A stretch of DNA of 64,000 nt, taken from NCBI GenBank assembly GCA_963764715.1, contig CAVXTP010000017.1, forward strand, positions 65,524-129,523, written 5' to 3'. The position numbers and the translations under genes are program-made. Below are positions 1 through 11,356 of this stretch, piece by piece (positions within the stretch are counted from its first letter, which is position 1; every line of letters begins with the position of its first letter). This stretch comes from an uncultured Acidobacteriota bacterium (GTDB taxonomy: Bacteria > Acidobacteriota > Thermoanaerobaculia > UBA5066 > Gp7-AA6). Below the pieces are notes generated by a model. It was given only the letters and a program-made list of their open reading frames with translations, was not told the DNA's origin and did no database searches.

Positions 1-556
1 GGAGGACCGGGCGCTGGGCCCGCAGGTACGCGGCCCAGTTGACGATGAAGAGGATGTGCCGCGCCTCTTCCTGCATGATCGTCTCGAAGATCGCGATGAA
101 GGCCTTGGGGAAGATCTCCGCGCTCGTCCCGAGCCGGAAGAGGCCGAAGGCGAAAAACGAGTCCAAGCACTCCCCGTAGCCGGTCCGCAGGAACGCCAGG
201 GTCGGGTCCTTGGGGACCTCGGGCGGCGGGAACGGGCGGACATCGATCCCGTAATGGCGGGTCAGGCGCTGCAGGACCTCGGCGTGACGGGCCTCCTCGT
301 AGCCCTGGAGGCTGATCGCCTCGGCCAGGAGGGGGTCCTTCTCGGTGTCACCCAGAGACTGCACTTTGACGGCCGTGGCGGCCTCGGTCCGGGTGGCCTC
401 GTTCCAGATCGGCATGGATTTGAGCCGGGCCAGTTGCTCGGCGTCCATGTCCGGCCACCGGATCTCCTCCGGTTTGAAGGGATCGTGGGTGTCGATGAAC
501 ATCCGACAGAGCAGCTCTTTGTGCTCCGGGCTCCCGATCTTGAGCGTATTTGCCAT
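1..556 (-). CDS. Ferritin-like diiron-carboxylate protein (AurF/diiron-oxygenase-like), partial. The N-terminus (MANTLKIGSPEHKELL...) is at 556; the 3' end runs off the window.
   Basis: Reverse-strand translation from the ATG at 554-556 gives a clean GC3-rich reading frame with two E-E-A-R-H motifs (YEEARH, QEEARH) typical of ferritin-like diiron sites. It is absent from the ORF track because it is truncated by the window edge. Confidence 0.5.
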   Translation of the reverse strand, partial: MANTLKIGSPEHKELLCRMFIDTHDPFKPEEIRWPDMDAEQLARLKSMPIWNEATRTEAATAVKVQSLGDTEKDPLLAEAISLQGYEEARHAEVLQRLTRHYGIDVRPFPPPEVPKDPTLAFLRTGYGECLDSFFAFGLFRLGTSAEIFPKAFIAIFETIMQEEARHILFIVNWAAYLRAQRPVL

Positions 557-611
557 ACGAAGTTGTAGAGTATCATCCGCGTTTCTCTTCGGCGGGGGGG
601 TAGGAAATCGT

Positions 612-2561
612 ATGTCCATTCTGAGCCGGATCGAGGGTCCGAAGGACCTCAAGACACTCTCCTATGGAGAGTTAGCCGAGCTTTCGCAGGACTGCCGGGA
701 GGTGATCGTCCAGACGATCACGAAGACCGGAGGCCACCTCGCCTCCAACCTGGGAGTCGTCGAGCTGACCATCGCCCTCCACCGCGCTTTCGACAGCCCG
801 AAAGACCGCCTGGTCTGGGACACCTCCAACCAGTGCTACACCCACAAGCTGGTGACCGGTCGGCGCGACCAGTTCTCGACGATCCGCACCCCGGGGGGTC
901 TCTCGGGCTTCGCCGAGCCTTCCGAGAGCGACCACGACACCCTCGCCGCCGGCCACGCCGGCACCGGGCTCTCCTACGGCCTCGGTGTCTCGATGGCGCT
1001 CCAGGATCGATCCAACGAACCGTACGTCATCGTGATCGTCGGCGACGGCGCCCTGACGTCGGGCCCGTCGTACGAGGCGATGAACAACATCGTCCACGTC
1101 AAGCCCAAGCGGATGATCGTCATCCTGAACGACAACGGCTGGTCGATCTCCGAGAACGTGGGCTGGCTCGCCCACTGGCGCAACCGTTTCGAGCTTCACC
1201 CGACCTACCAGAAGTTCGTCGACGCGGGCCACAGCTTCTTCAAGCGCCTGCCCAAGGGCGACATGGCATGGGAGCTCGCGCGGAAGCTGAAGAGCTCGGT
1301 CGAGGGCCTCTTCTTCCCCAACCTCATCTGGGACGAGCTCGGATTCCACTACGTCGGCCCCGTCAACGGCCACGACTTCAGGGAGCTCGAGGAGGCGCTG
1401 GCCCGCGCCAAGGACGTCTCCGCCGACGGCACGCCCGTCGTCATCCACGCGCTGACGCACAAGGGCCGCGGGTTCCAGCAGGCCGAGCAGAACCCCTCGA
1501 AGTTCCACCAGCCGGGCACTCCGACCGGCCCGGGCGGCGCCGGCACCCGCTACACCTACTCCCAGGTCTTCGCGAAGACGCTCATCTCCATGATGGAGAA
1601 GGACCCCAAGATCGTGGCCTTCTCGGCGGCGATGCTCGAGGGGACCGGGTTGATCGAGGTCCAGAAGAAGTTCCCCGGCCGCGTGTTCGACGTCGGCATC
1701 GCCGAGGAGCACGCCGTGATCTGCGCCGGCGGCATGGCCAAGGAGGGCTGGAAGCCGGTCGTCTCCATTTACTCGACCTTCCTGCAGCGGTCCTTCGACC
1801 AGCTGATCCACGACGTGGCGCTCCAGAACCTGCCCGTCACGATCTGCGTCGACCGGGCCGGCCTCGTCGGCGACGACGGAAAGACGCACCAGGGCGTCTT
1901 CGACATCTCCTACACCCGGATGATCCCGAACATGACGATCGCCGCGCCCAAGGACGAGAACGAGCTGCAGCACGTCCTCCACACCGCGATCAATTCCGGG
2001 CGGCCGTTCGTGGTGCGCTACCCCCGCGGCCTGGCGCTCGGGGTCGAGCTCGACGCCGAGCTGAAGACCATGCCGATCGGGAAGGGCGAGATCCTGCGCG
2101 AGGGACGCGATCTGACCTTCATCGCGTACGGCTCGATGGTTTCGGTCGCGAGCGCCGCGGCCGCGGAGCTCGAGGGCCGGGGGCTCTCGGTCGGCGTCGT
2201 CAACGCGCGCTTCGCCAAGCCCCTCGACATGGACCTGCTCGCGAAGGTCGCCGGCTCCTGCCCGCGCCTGATGACGCTCGAGGAGCACCTGGCGGCCGGC
2301 GGCTTCGGCGCCGGCGTGCTCGAGGCGTTCCATGCCGGGGGGCTGCCGACGGCGGGGCTCAAGGTCCACGCGATCCCGGACCAGTTCATCGACCACAGCC
2401 CGCAGCTCCAGCAGCGCCACAACCTCAAGCTCGACGTCGAGGGCGTCGTCGAGAAGACTTTCGAGCTCTTCCCGGACCTCGCGCGCCCGGCCGCGGCCGC
2501 CGCCGGCGCCGGCGACCCGCGCAGCAAGAAGGAAAAATTCGCCGAGACGGTGAACTGGTGA
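612..2561 (+). CDS. dxs: 1-deoxy-D-xylulose-5-phosphate synthase
   Basis: 650-aa translation MSILSRIEGPKDLKTLSYGELAELSQDCREVIVQTITKTGGHLASNLGVVELTIALH...GDGALTSG matches Dxs (TPP-binding GDG motif, transketolase-like C-terminus). The track ORF 345..2561 has an N-terminal extension; the ATG at 612 gives the canonical N-terminus. Confidence 0.95.
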   Translation: MSILSRIEGPKDLKTLSYGELAELSQDCREVIVQTITKTGGHLASNLGVVELTIALHRAFDSPKDRLVWDTSNQCYTHKLVTGRRDQFSTIRTPGGLSGFAEPSESDHDTLAAGHAGTGLSYGLGVSMALQDRSNEPYVIVIVGDGALTSGPSYEAMNNIVHVKPKRMIVILNDNGWSISENVGWLAHWRNRFELHPTYQKFVDAGHSFFKRLPKGDMAWELARKLKSSVEGLFFPNLIWDELGFHYVGPVNGHDFRELEEALARAKDVSADGTPVVIHALTHKGRGFQQAEQNPSKFHQPGTPTGPGGAGTRYTYSQVFAKTLISMMEKDPKIVAFSAAMLEGTGLIEVQKKFPGRVFDVGIAEEHAVICAGGMAKEGWKPVVSIYSTFLQRSFDQLIHDVALQNLPVTICVDRAGLVGDDGKTHQGVFDISYTRMIPNMTIAAPKDENELQHVLHTAINSGRPFVVRYPRGLALGVELDAELKTMPIGKGEILREGRDLTFIAYGSMVSVASAAAAELEGRGLSVGVVNARFAKPLDMDLLAKVAGSCPRLMTLEEHLAAGGFGAGVLEAFHAGGLPTAGLKVHAIPDQFIDHSPQLQQRHNLKLDVEGVVEKTFELFPDLARPAAAAAGAGDPRSKKEKFAETVNW

Positions 2562-3538
2562 ACGTGCCGGGCGACTTCTCCGGAATCCGGGTCGAGAAGC
2601 TCCTGATCGCGGGCCTGCGCGGCTTCTGCGCCGGCGTCGTCCGCGCGATCGACGTCGTCGAGAAGGCCCTCGAGGCGATCGACGGGCCCGTCTACGTGCG
2701 CAAGGAGATCATCCACAACCGCTACGTCGTCGACGAGCTGCGCGACAAGGGCGCCCGCTTCGTGGAGGAAGTCGACGAGGTCCCGGACAACGCCTCGCTC
2801 ATCTTCTCGGCCCACGGCATCGCGCCCCAGGTCCGCGCCCTCGCCCAGCAGAAGCGGCTGCAGACGATCGACGCGACCTGCCCGCTCGTCACGAAGGTGC
2901 ACCTCGAGGCCATCCACTACGCCAAGCAGGGCTACACGATCATCCTCGTCGGCCACCACGATCACGACGAGACGGTCGGCACGCTCGGCGAGGCGCCGGA
3001 CGCGATCCGCCTGGTCGAGACGCGCGAGGACGCCGAGAAGGTCACGGTGCCGGACCCCGACCGCGTGGCGTACCTGACGCAGACGACGCTCTCGATCGAC
3101 GACACGCGCGACATCCTCGCCGTCCTGAAGCGACGGTTCCCGAACCTGAAGGCCCCCTCGAAGCAGGACATCTGCTACGCCACGCAGAACCGCCAGGACG
3201 CCGTCAAGGCGATGGCGCCCCACGTCGACATGCTGCTGGTGCTCGGGGCGCCGAACTCCTCCAACTCGCTCCGGATGTGCGAGGTCGCCCGCGCCAACGG
3301 GGTCGCGTCGCACCTGATCGAGCGCGCCCGGGACATCCGGCCGGAGTGGCTCCAGGGCGTCCGGGTCCTCGGTCTCACCGCCTCGGCGTCGGCCCCCGAG
3401 ATCCTGGTCCAGGAGGTCGTGACCTTCGCGCGCGAGAAGCTCGGAGTCTCGGTCGTCGAGGAGTTCGAGACCGTCAAGGAAGACGTCCACTTCCCGCTGC
3501 CCCAGGAGTTGAAAGCCCTTCTGCCCGTCAGAGTCTGA
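2558..3538 (+). CDS. ispH: 4-hydroxy-3-methylbut-2-enyl diphosphate reductase
   Basis: Translation from the GTG at 2558 (overlapping the dxs stop) reads ...GLRGFCAGVVRAID...NASLIFSAHGIAPQV...TIDATCPLVTKVH...ICYATQNRQDAV, carrying the conserved IspH/LytB Cys triad. It sits inside the spurious 901-aa track ORF 833..3538. Confidence 0.92.
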   Translation: MNVPGDFSGIRVEKLLIAGLRGFCAGVVRAIDVVEKALEAIDGPVYVRKEIIHNRYVVDELRDKGARFVEEVDEVPDNASLIFSAHGIAPQVRALAQQKRLQTIDATCPLVTKVHLEAIHYAKQGYTIILVGHHDHDETVGTLGEAPDAIRLVETREDAEKVTVPDPDRVAYLTQTTLSIDDTRDILAVLKRRFPNLKAPSKQDICYATQNRQDAVKAMAPHVDMLLVLGAPNSSNSLRMCEVARANGVASHLIERARDIRPEWLQGVRVLGLTASASAPEILVQEVVTFAREKLGVSVVEEFETVKEDVHFPLPQELKALLPVRV

Positions 3539-3554
3539 CGCGTCGGGATCCGGC

Positions 3555-4652
3555 ATGACTCTCCCCACCGCGCCCGTCGCGGCCCCCCGCGGCATTTCGA
3601 AGCTGTCGGACGGCGGGTCGCGCCCCTCGGGCGCGCGACCGCGGGCCGGGCGGATCGCTCTCTTCGCCGCCGGCCTCGTCGTCCTCGGCGCCGGGCTCGC
3701 GCTCGTCGGCTGGACGCCGATCGCCGAGAACCTCGCCCGCATCGGCCCTTACTTCGTCCTGCTCGTCGGCCTCTACGCGGCCGCGCAGATCGCGTTCACG
3801 CTCGGCTGGTGGGTGATCGCCGGCCGGCGCGGCCCGGCGTCGTTCCGGGACCTCTTCGCCGCGTATCTCGCGGGCGACTCGATCAACTACTTCACGAGCG
3901 TCGGCGGCGAGCCCGTCAAGGCCCACCTGCTGCGCGGAAAGATGGGCTTCGGCCCGGCCTTCGCCACGATCTGGGTCAACCGCAACGCGGACGTGCTCGC
4001 GCAGTGGCTCTTCCTCGTCGCCGGAGCGGCCGTCGCGCTGACCCGGTATTCCCTGCCGCCGCTGCCCCGCTTCCTCGTGATCGCCGGCCTGACGGTGCTC
4101 GGCGCGCTCGCGCTCGGGTTCACCGGCATGCAGCGGCGGGGATTCTTCGGGCCGATCCTGAGGCTCCTGAAGAAGGTCCCGCTCCTCGAGAAGCGGCTGT
4201 CGGGGCTCGAGACGCATGCCGAGGAAGTCGACGCGCGGATCCGGCTCTATTACCGGAGCGAGGAGCACGGCCTGCAGTTCGCGATCGCCGTCGTCTGGGG
4301 CTTCCTCGGCTGGTGCGGCGGCCTCGTCGAGACGTGGATCGTCCTGAGGCTGCTCTCCCCGACCCACACGTTCGCATCGGCCTTCGCGGTCGAGTCGCTG
4401 GCGATGATCCTGAACGGCATCCTGCTCTTCATTCCGGCCCGGATCGGGAGCGCCGAAGCCATCCGCCTCGGAGTCGCGGCGCTCGTGGGCCTGACGCCCG
4501 CACAGGGCGCGGCCTACGCGCTCGTCCGGCGGGCCCGCGAGCTGCTGTGGCTCGCGCCGGGGGGCGTCGTGCTCCTGAAGCACCATTTGATCGACGTGGC
4601 GCACTTGCGGCTCGAGCGGCTGGAGCCCTCGGGCCGGGAGGCGCGGCCATGA
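3555..4652 (+). CDS. Flippase-like integral membrane protein (lysylphosphatidylglycerol-synthase TM-region / UPF0104 family)
   Basis: 365 aa with multiple TM helices and a sequence pattern typical of the MprF-N-terminal-like 'flippase-like domain' family (GDSINYFTSVGGEPVKAHLL, RIGSAEAIRLGV). It lies 17 bp downstream of ispH. Confidence 0.7.
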   Translation: MTLPTAPVAAPRGISKLSDGGSRPSGARPRAGRIALFAAGLVVLGAGLALVGWTPIAENLARIGPYFVLLVGLYAAAQIAFTLGWWVIAGRRGPASFRDLFAAYLAGDSINYFTSVGGEPVKAHLLRGKMGFGPAFATIWVNRNADVLAQWLFLVAGAAVALTRYSLPPLPRFLVIAGLTVLGALALGFTGMQRRGFFGPILRLLKKVPLLEKRLSGLETHAEEVDARIRLYYRSEEHGLQFAIAVVWGFLGWCGGLVETWIVLRLLSPTHTFASAFAVESLAMILNGILLFIPARIGSAEAIRLGVAALVGLTPAQGAAYALVRRARELLWLAPGGVVLLKHHLIDVAHLRLERLEPSGREARP

Positions 4653-4749
4653 CGGGCTTCTACGGTAACCTTCCCGCCGTGTGCGCCGACGTCCGGATCG
4701 CACGCCGCCTGACGGCTCGCGCCGAAGAGGCCGCGCGGGGGATCGTCCC

Positions 4750-5439
4750 GTGAGCGCGATCGTCTCGGGCGCGGTCATCGCGGCCGGAGAGGGCTCCCGG
4801 CTGAAGCAGTTCGGCGTGCCCAAGCCTCTCCTCGAGGTCGCGGGGGTGCCGCTGATCGAGCACGTCCTGTCGAACTTCGAGGCCGCCGGGATCGCGTCGG
4901 CGGCGGTCATCTTCAACGAGTCCGAGCGGGACTGCGAGGCCTTCGTCCGCGAGCGCTTCGGGCGGCTCGTCCAGACCGTGCTCGTGAAGACGACGCGCTC
5001 CTCGCTCGAGAGCTTCCGGGCCGTGCTCGAGGTCGCCCCGAAGGGGCGGCTGCTCGTGTCGACCGTGGATGCGTTCTGCCCGCGGAAGGACTTCGTCCGC
5101 TTCGTCGAGCACGCCGGGGAGCTGCCGTCCCATTCCACCGTCCTCGCCGTGACCCGTTTCGTCGACGACGAGAAGCCCCTCTGGGTCAACGTCGCACGGC
5201 ATGGCCGGGTCTCGTCGATCGGCGGATCGACCGGCGACGCCGTGACCGCCGGGATCTACGTCTTCCCGGAGAGGGTCCGGCAGCTCGGCGTTCCGCCGGA
5301 GCTCGGGCGGCTGCGGGACTTCCTCGCGTGGCTCGCGAAGTCCGGCGAGCCGATCCAGGCCCTCGAGATCGAAAAGGTCGTCGACGTCGACCGCGCCGAG
5401 GACCTCGCCGTGGCCGAAGAGCTGGCGGCGGCGCGATGA
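4750..5439 (+). CDS. Nucleotidyltransferase (sugar/alcohol-phosphate cytidylyl/nucleotidyl-transferase fold). By context probably an inositol-phosphate cytidylyltransferase (IPCT-like), but an IspD-like enzyme cannot be excluded.
   Basis: N-terminal AIVSGAVIAAGEGSRLKQFGVPKPLLEVAG is the G-x-G-x-R-(L/M) NTP-transferase signature. GTG start at 4750, about 229 aa. Confidence 0.7.
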   Translation: MSAIVSGAVIAAGEGSRLKQFGVPKPLLEVAGVPLIEHVLSNFEAAGIASAAVIFNESERDCEAFVRERFGRLVQTVLVKTTRSSLESFRAVLEVAPKGRLLVSTVDAFCPRKDFVRFVEHAGELPSHSTVLAVTRFVDDEKPLWVNVARHGRVSSIGGSTGDAVTAGIYVFPERVRQLGVPPELGRLRDFLAWLAKSGEPIQALEIEKVVDVDRAEDLAVAEELAAAR

Positions 5440-6305
5440 CGGGCTCCGCGCCGCGCTGCTGGGGCGTCTACCGGGAGCTCGCCCATTCGCCCGGCCGCGA
5501 GACCGACGACGCCGACATCCTGCGCGCGACGGGCGAGGAGCTGGCGGCGCGCGGGTTCGACGTCTCGCTCAAGACGACCGAGGAGCTGCCCGAGGCGGGG
5601 GACTTCGCTTCGGTGCCCCCGTTTCTCTTCGTCATGTGCGAGCGGGTCCCCGTCGTCGAAACGCTCGCGGCCTGGGAGCGGCGCGGCGCGCGGATCCTCA
5701 ACCGCCCGGCCGGCATCCGCAACACCGACCGCGAGCGGACCCTCGACCTCTTCGGGCGGCACGGCGTCCCGCACCCCCGAAGCGTCCTCGTCGAGACCGG
5801 GAAGGGCGACGCGGCGTTCCCCGGGGAGTGCTGGATCAAGCGCGGCGACGTCCACGCGACCGAGGCCGGCGACGTCGCCTTCGCCGGCGATCCCGGCGGG
5901 TTCGCCACGCACCTCGAGCGCTTCGCCGCCCGCGGGATCCTCTGCGCGGTCGTCCAGGACCACGTCCCGGGCGACCTGATCAAGTTCTACGGCGTCGCCG
6001 GCCTCGACGATCCGCCCGGCCGGCCGTCCTGGTTCCAGTGGTTCTACCACCGCGACCAGGCGCTCGCGAGCCACCCGTTCGACGCGTCCGCCCTGGAGGC
6101 GGCCACGGCCCGCGCCGCCGCCGCGCTCTCGCTCGAGGTCTACGGCGGCGACGCGATCGTGTCCGCGGACGGCCGCATCCACGTCATCGATCTGAACGCC
6201 TGGCCGAGCTTCGCGCTCTTTCGCGGCGTGGCCGCGGCGAAAATCGCGGCCCTGCTCGCCGCGCGCTTCTCCCGCGCCGGCGCCCCGCTCGAGGCCTCCC
6301 GATGA
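5439..6305 (+). CDS. ATP-grasp domain protein (carboxylate-amine ligase or kinase fold)
   Basis: 288 aa. The ATG at 5439 overlaps the upstream stop. Domain architecture (pre-ATP-grasp N-terminus, central nucleotide-binding segment, C-terminal ...IHVIDLNAWPSF) resembles RimK/ITPK-type ATP-grasp enzymes. The call is by pattern only. Confidence 0.55.
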   Translation, partial: TGSAPRCWGVYRELAHSPGRETDDADILRATGEELAARGFDVSLKTTEELPEAGDFASVPPFLFVMCERVPVVETLAAWERRGARILNRPAGIRNTDRERTLDLFGRHGVPHPRSVLVETGKGDAAFPGECWIKRGDVHATEAGDVAFAGDPGGFATHLERFAARGILCAVVQDHVPGDLIKFYGVAGLDDPPGRPSWFQWFYHRDQALASHPFDASALEAATARAAAALSLEVYGGDAIVSADGRIHVIDLNAWPSFALFRGVAAAKIAALLAARFSRAGAPLEASR

Positions 6306-7639
6306 CCGAGGTCCGCCACCGCATCGAGGTCGGGCCGCGCTCGAAGGCGATCGTCGACCTGGAGCAGCGTCACATGGCGCCGGGCCTGCAGTCCTTCGCC
6401 CTGTACTCGGGGCTCGCCATGGCGCGCGGCCAGGGAAGCCGGATCTTCGACGAAGACGGCAACGGCTACGTCGACTTCATCGCCGGGATCGCCGTGGGCT
6501 CCGTCGGCCACTGCCACCCCTATTACGTGAAGGCGCTCCAGGACCAGGCCGCGAAGCTGACGTTCGGCAGCTTCACGACCGAGGTCCGCGCGAAGTTCCT
6601 CAACCTCCTCGGAAGCGTGACTCCCCCCGGCCTGACCCGCATCCAGCTCTTCTCGGGCGGCGCGGAGGCGGTCGAGGCGGCCTTCCGCCTCGCCAAGGCC
6701 GTCACGAAGAAGTTCGAGTTCGTCGGATACTCCGGCGCCTTCCACGGCAAGACCGGCGGCGTCCTGCCGCTCCTGTGGGGCGACTTCAAGGAGGGGCTCG
6801 GCCCCTTCGTCCCCGGCACGTACTCGGCGCCCTACGCCTACTGCTACCGCTGCCCGCTCCAGCTGACCTACCCCGACTGCGGGATCGCCTGCGCGGAAGA
6901 GACGCGCGACGTGATCCGCAACCAGACCGGCCGGCAGGTCGCCGCGATCATCGTCGAGCCGATGCAGGGCACCGCGGGCAACGTGATTCCCCCGCCGGGC
7001 TTCCTGTCCGCCGTCCAGGCGATCGCGAAGGAGAACGGCGCCCTCTTGATCGCCGACGAGATGATCACGGGCTTCGGGCGCACCGGGACGTTCTGGGGGG
7101 TCGAGCACGACGGCGTCGTCCCCGACGTCATGACGTGCGGCAAGGGCATCGGCGGCGGCTTCCCGCTCGCGGCCGTCGTCTCGACCGACGCACTGACGGC
7201 CGCGAAGCCCTGGTCGAACCCCTCGGGCAGCTCCTCCTCGTACGGCGGTAACCCGCTCGGCTCGGCGGCGGGGCTCGCGGCCCTCGAGATCATCACGCGC
7301 GAGAACCTCGTCGAGAACTCGCGCCGCGTCGGGGCCGCCATGCTCGCGCGCCTCCAGGCCATGCAGGAGAAGCACCGCGTCATCGGCGACGTCCGCGGGA
7401 AGGGCCTCCTCCTCGGCCTCGAGCTCGTGAAGGACCGGACGTCGAAGGAGCTGGTGCCGAAGGACTTCGCGAGGGCGCTCTTCCAGGAGTGCCTGCGGCG
7501 CGGCCTTCTGGCGATGTCCTACTCGCCCGTCATCCGCATCAACCCGCCGCTCTCGATCGACGAGGCGACCGCGCTCGAGGGGCTCGAGATCCTCGACGAG
7601 GCGATCGGCGCGACGGCGCGCGATTGGAAGCTGGCATGA
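6302..7639 (+). CDS. Class-III (omega-type) PLP-dependent aminotransferase
   Basis: 445 aa with hallmarks of the acetylornithine/GABA aminotransferase family (GGAEAVEAAFRLAK, IADEMITGFGRTG, TCGKGIGGGFPLAAV with the PLP lysine). Confidence 0.85.
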   Translation: MTEVRHRIEVGPRSKAIVDLEQRHMAPGLQSFALYSGLAMARGQGSRIFDEDGNGYVDFIAGIAVGSVGHCHPYYVKALQDQAAKLTFGSFTTEVRAKFLNLLGSVTPPGLTRIQLFSGGAEAVEAAFRLAKAVTKKFEFVGYSGAFHGKTGGVLPLLWGDFKEGLGPFVPGTYSAPYAYCYRCPLQLTYPDCGIACAEETRDVIRNQTGRQVAAIIVEPMQGTAGNVIPPPGFLSAVQAIAKENGALLIADEMITGFGRTGTFWGVEHDGVVPDVMTCGKGIGGGFPLAAVVSTDALTAAKPWSNPSGSSSSYGGNPLGSAAGLAALEIITRENLVENSRRVGAAMLARLQAMQEKHRVIGDVRGKGLLLGLELVKDRTSKELVPKDFARALFQECLRRGLLAMSYSPVIRINPPLSIDEATALEGLEILDEAIGATARDWKLA

Positions 7640-7829
7640 GGACACGATCCGGCCGGTCCTCCCGGCCCCGGTCCGCGGCGCGAGTAGTCTCCCGAAGTAA
7701 CCGAGGGAGGAGGCTCGCGCCGCGGGAGCGAGCGCGCAGCGAGGGACCAGGCCCGCGGTCGAGCCGGCAGCCCGGCGAGCCGCGGGCCGGTGGCGACAGC
7801 CAGGTCCCGAGAGAGCGCTCGCGACGGTC

Positions 7830-8867
7830 ATGTTGAAGGGCGCGCTCCTCGGCTTCGGGCACGTCGCCGCGGAAGGCCACGTCCCCGGGTGGCTCGCCCG
7901 GAAGGACATCGAGATCGTCGCCGCGGCCGACGCGCGGCCCGGGCGAAGCACGGCGTTCTTCGAGACGTTTCCGCAGGGCCGCTGGTACACGACGGTCGAG
8001 GACCTCCTCGCGAAGGAGTCGCTCGACTTCGTCGACGTCTGCACGCCTCCCGCCTCCCACGCGATGATCGTGCGGCAGGCGCTCGCGCGCTCGCTCCACG
8101 TGCTCTGCGAGAAGCCCCTCGTCGTGTCTCCGATCGAGCTCCGGGGCCTGCCCGCGCTGTCGGCCGAGAAGGAGCGCGCGGTCGTCACGGTGCACAACTG
8201 GCGCTACGCGCCCGCCGTCGTCCGCATCGGCGAGATTCTCTCCGCCGGCGCGCTCGGCGAGATCCGGCGCGTGCGCTGGCAGACGCTCCGCAACAAGCCC
8301 GCCGCGAGCGTGGGCGAGGCCGACAACTGGCGCGTCGACCCGGCGCAGTCCGGCGGCGGCATCCTCGTCGACCACGGCTGGCACGCCCTCTACGTGGTCT
8401 CGGGCTGGATGGGCGCGGCGCCGCGCACCGTCGCGGCGTCCCTCGAGACGCGCAAGCACCACGAGTGGCCGATCGAGGACACCGCCGACCTCTTCCTCGT
8501 CTACCCGGCGGCCTCGGCCGAGATCCTGCTGACCTGGGCGGACCCGGAGCGGTCCAATCGCGCCGAGATCACCGGGACCCGGGGGGTCCTCCGGCTCGAC
8601 GGCGGCCGCCTGACGCTCTTCGACGCGGACGGGAAGCGGCCGAAGGACGAATGGACCGTGCCCTCGCTCTCCGAGGGCTCGCATCACCCCGACTGGTTCT
8701 CCGGCGTCATCGAGAGCTTCTTCGACGAGGTCGCCGACGCGAAGTGGCGCGGGCGCAACCTCGCCGAGGCGACGCTCTGCGCCAACGTGCTCGCCCTCGC
8801 GCGCGAGTCGAGCCGGCAGGGCGGCGTGCCCCTGCCGGTCGAGCGCATGGCGGGCACGCGACGGTGA
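7830..8867 (+). CDS. Gfo/Idh/MocA-family NAD(P)-dependent oxidoreductase (inositol-2-dehydrogenase-like)
   Basis: 345 aa. N-terminal Rossmann segment LLGFGHVAAEGHVPGW...EIVAAADARP plus the EKP motif (HVLCEKPLVV) are characteristic of Gfo/Idh/MocA. Confidence 0.8.
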   Translation: MLKGALLGFGHVAAEGHVPGWLARKDIEIVAAADARPGRSTAFFETFPQGRWYTTVEDLLAKESLDFVDVCTPPASHAMIVRQALARSLHVLCEKPLVVSPIELRGLPALSAEKERAVVTVHNWRYAPAVVRIGEILSAGALGEIRRVRWQTLRNKPAASVGEADNWRVDPAQSGGGILVDHGWHALYVVSGWMGAAPRTVAASLETRKHHEWPIEDTADLFLVYPAASAEILLTWADPERSNRAEITGTRGVLRLDGGRLTLFDADGKRPKDEWTVPSLSEGSHHPDWFSGVIESFFDEVADAKWRGRNLAEATLCANVLALARESSRQGGVPLPVERMAGTRR

Positions 8868-9879
8868 GCCGCGTCCTCGTCCTCGGGCCCCCGGAGGGGC
8901 CGCCCGGAGTCGCGCCCGAATCGGTCCTCCTCGGACTGCCGATCGTGCGGCGGACGGCCCTCGCGGCCCGGCGCGCCGGCTTCGAGGAGATCGCGGTGAT
9001 CGAGCCGCCGCTTCCCGTCCTCGCCGCCCTCGTGGGCACCGACACCGAGGCGCTCGCCGAGGCGCCGCCCGACGCCGTGCGGATGGACTGGAACCGCGTC
9101 GTCGCGGTCCGCGACCTCGAGGCGATCCGCGACGGCGCGGCGCCCGCGTCGGTCGGCGTCGCGGTCGATTCCCCGGCCGATTTCCGGCGCGCCGAAGACC
9201 ACCTGCTCGCGAGCCTCGTCAAGGACACCGAGGGATTCATGTCGCGCCACGTCGAGCGCAAGATCTCGCTCGCGGTCAGCCGGCGCCTCGCCGCGACGAC
9301 GGTCACGCCGAACGCCATGACGCTTCTCTCGGTCTCGATCGGCCTCTTCGGGGCGACCTTCTTTCTCGACAGCACGGCGGCGAGCCAGACCGCGGGGGCC
9401 CTCCTCTTCCTGCTCCATTCGATCCTCGACGGCTGCGACGGCGAGCTCGCGCGACTGAAGTTCCAGGAGTCGCGCTCCGGCGGCCTGCTCGACTTCTGGG
9501 GAGACAACATCGTGCACGTCGCGGTCTTCGCGGCGATCGCGGCCGGCTGGAGCCGCGCGGTCGGCGCCGCGTGGCCGCTCGCGTTCGGCGCCCTCGCGGT
9601 CGGGGGCGCGCTCGCGTCCGCCTTCCTGGTCTACTCCCGCACGATGGCGGCGCCCCGCGAGGGGCCGCTCTACACCTCGGTCGCGACGGCCGCCGAGACT
9701 CGGCTTTCACGCGCTGCCGACGCCCTCTCACGGCGCGACTTCATCTACCTCGTTCTGATACTGTCCGCCTTCGGCAAGGCTGCCTGGTTCCTCGTTCTCA
9801 CGGCCGTCGGAGCGCCGGTTTACTTTCTCGTGCTGACGGCGATCGCGCTGGCCGAAAGACGCCGCCCAAGGAGTGCCTG

Positions 9880-9880
<1 letters not shown>
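8864..9880 (+). CDS. CDP-alcohol phosphatidyltransferase with an extra ~130-aa N-terminal domain (nucleotidyltransferase-like/degenerate), similar in architecture to IPCT/DIPPS-type fusions
   Basis: GTG start overlaps the upstream stop. The C-terminal half carries the CDP-OH transferase motif D-G-x2-A-R...G-x3-D-x3-D (DGCDGELARLKFQESRSGGLLDFWGDNIVH) within several TM helices. Confidence 0.75.
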
Positions 9881-11229
<1,349 letters not shown>

Positions 11230-11246
11230 TTCGACTCCTTGGGCCG

Positions 11247-11330
11247 AGGGCGGCCGCCAGGGCCGCCCCTACTCTTGAGGTGGCGGATGTTAAGCCCGGG
11301 CAGAGTAGGGGCGGGGCTTGTCCCCGCCCT
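11247..11330. repeat. Pair of GC-rich palindromic (REP-like) hairpin elements in the MIPS/dinB intergenic region
   Basis: AGGGCGGCCgccagGGCCGCCCCT (11247-11270) and GTAGGGGCGGGGcttgtCCCCGCCCT (11305-11330). The same GTAGGGGCGG...CCGCCCCTAC core recurs at 12541-12626 and 44401-44520. Confidence 0.7.
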
Positions 11331-11356
11331 CTGACAGGCACAAACTCTCCCGCTGC

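Noticed and set aside
672-2420. 582-aa minus-strand ORF antisense to dxs
   Set aside because: Antisense artefact with Arg/Asp/Gly-rich composition and no motifs. dxs on the plus strand is unambiguous.
833-3538. 901-aa ORF spanning dxs and ispH
   Set aside because: It is an Arg/Pro/Gly-rich wrong-frame read-through of dxs, typical of GC-rich DNA. Only its last ~326 codons, from the GTG at 2558, are the real ispH.
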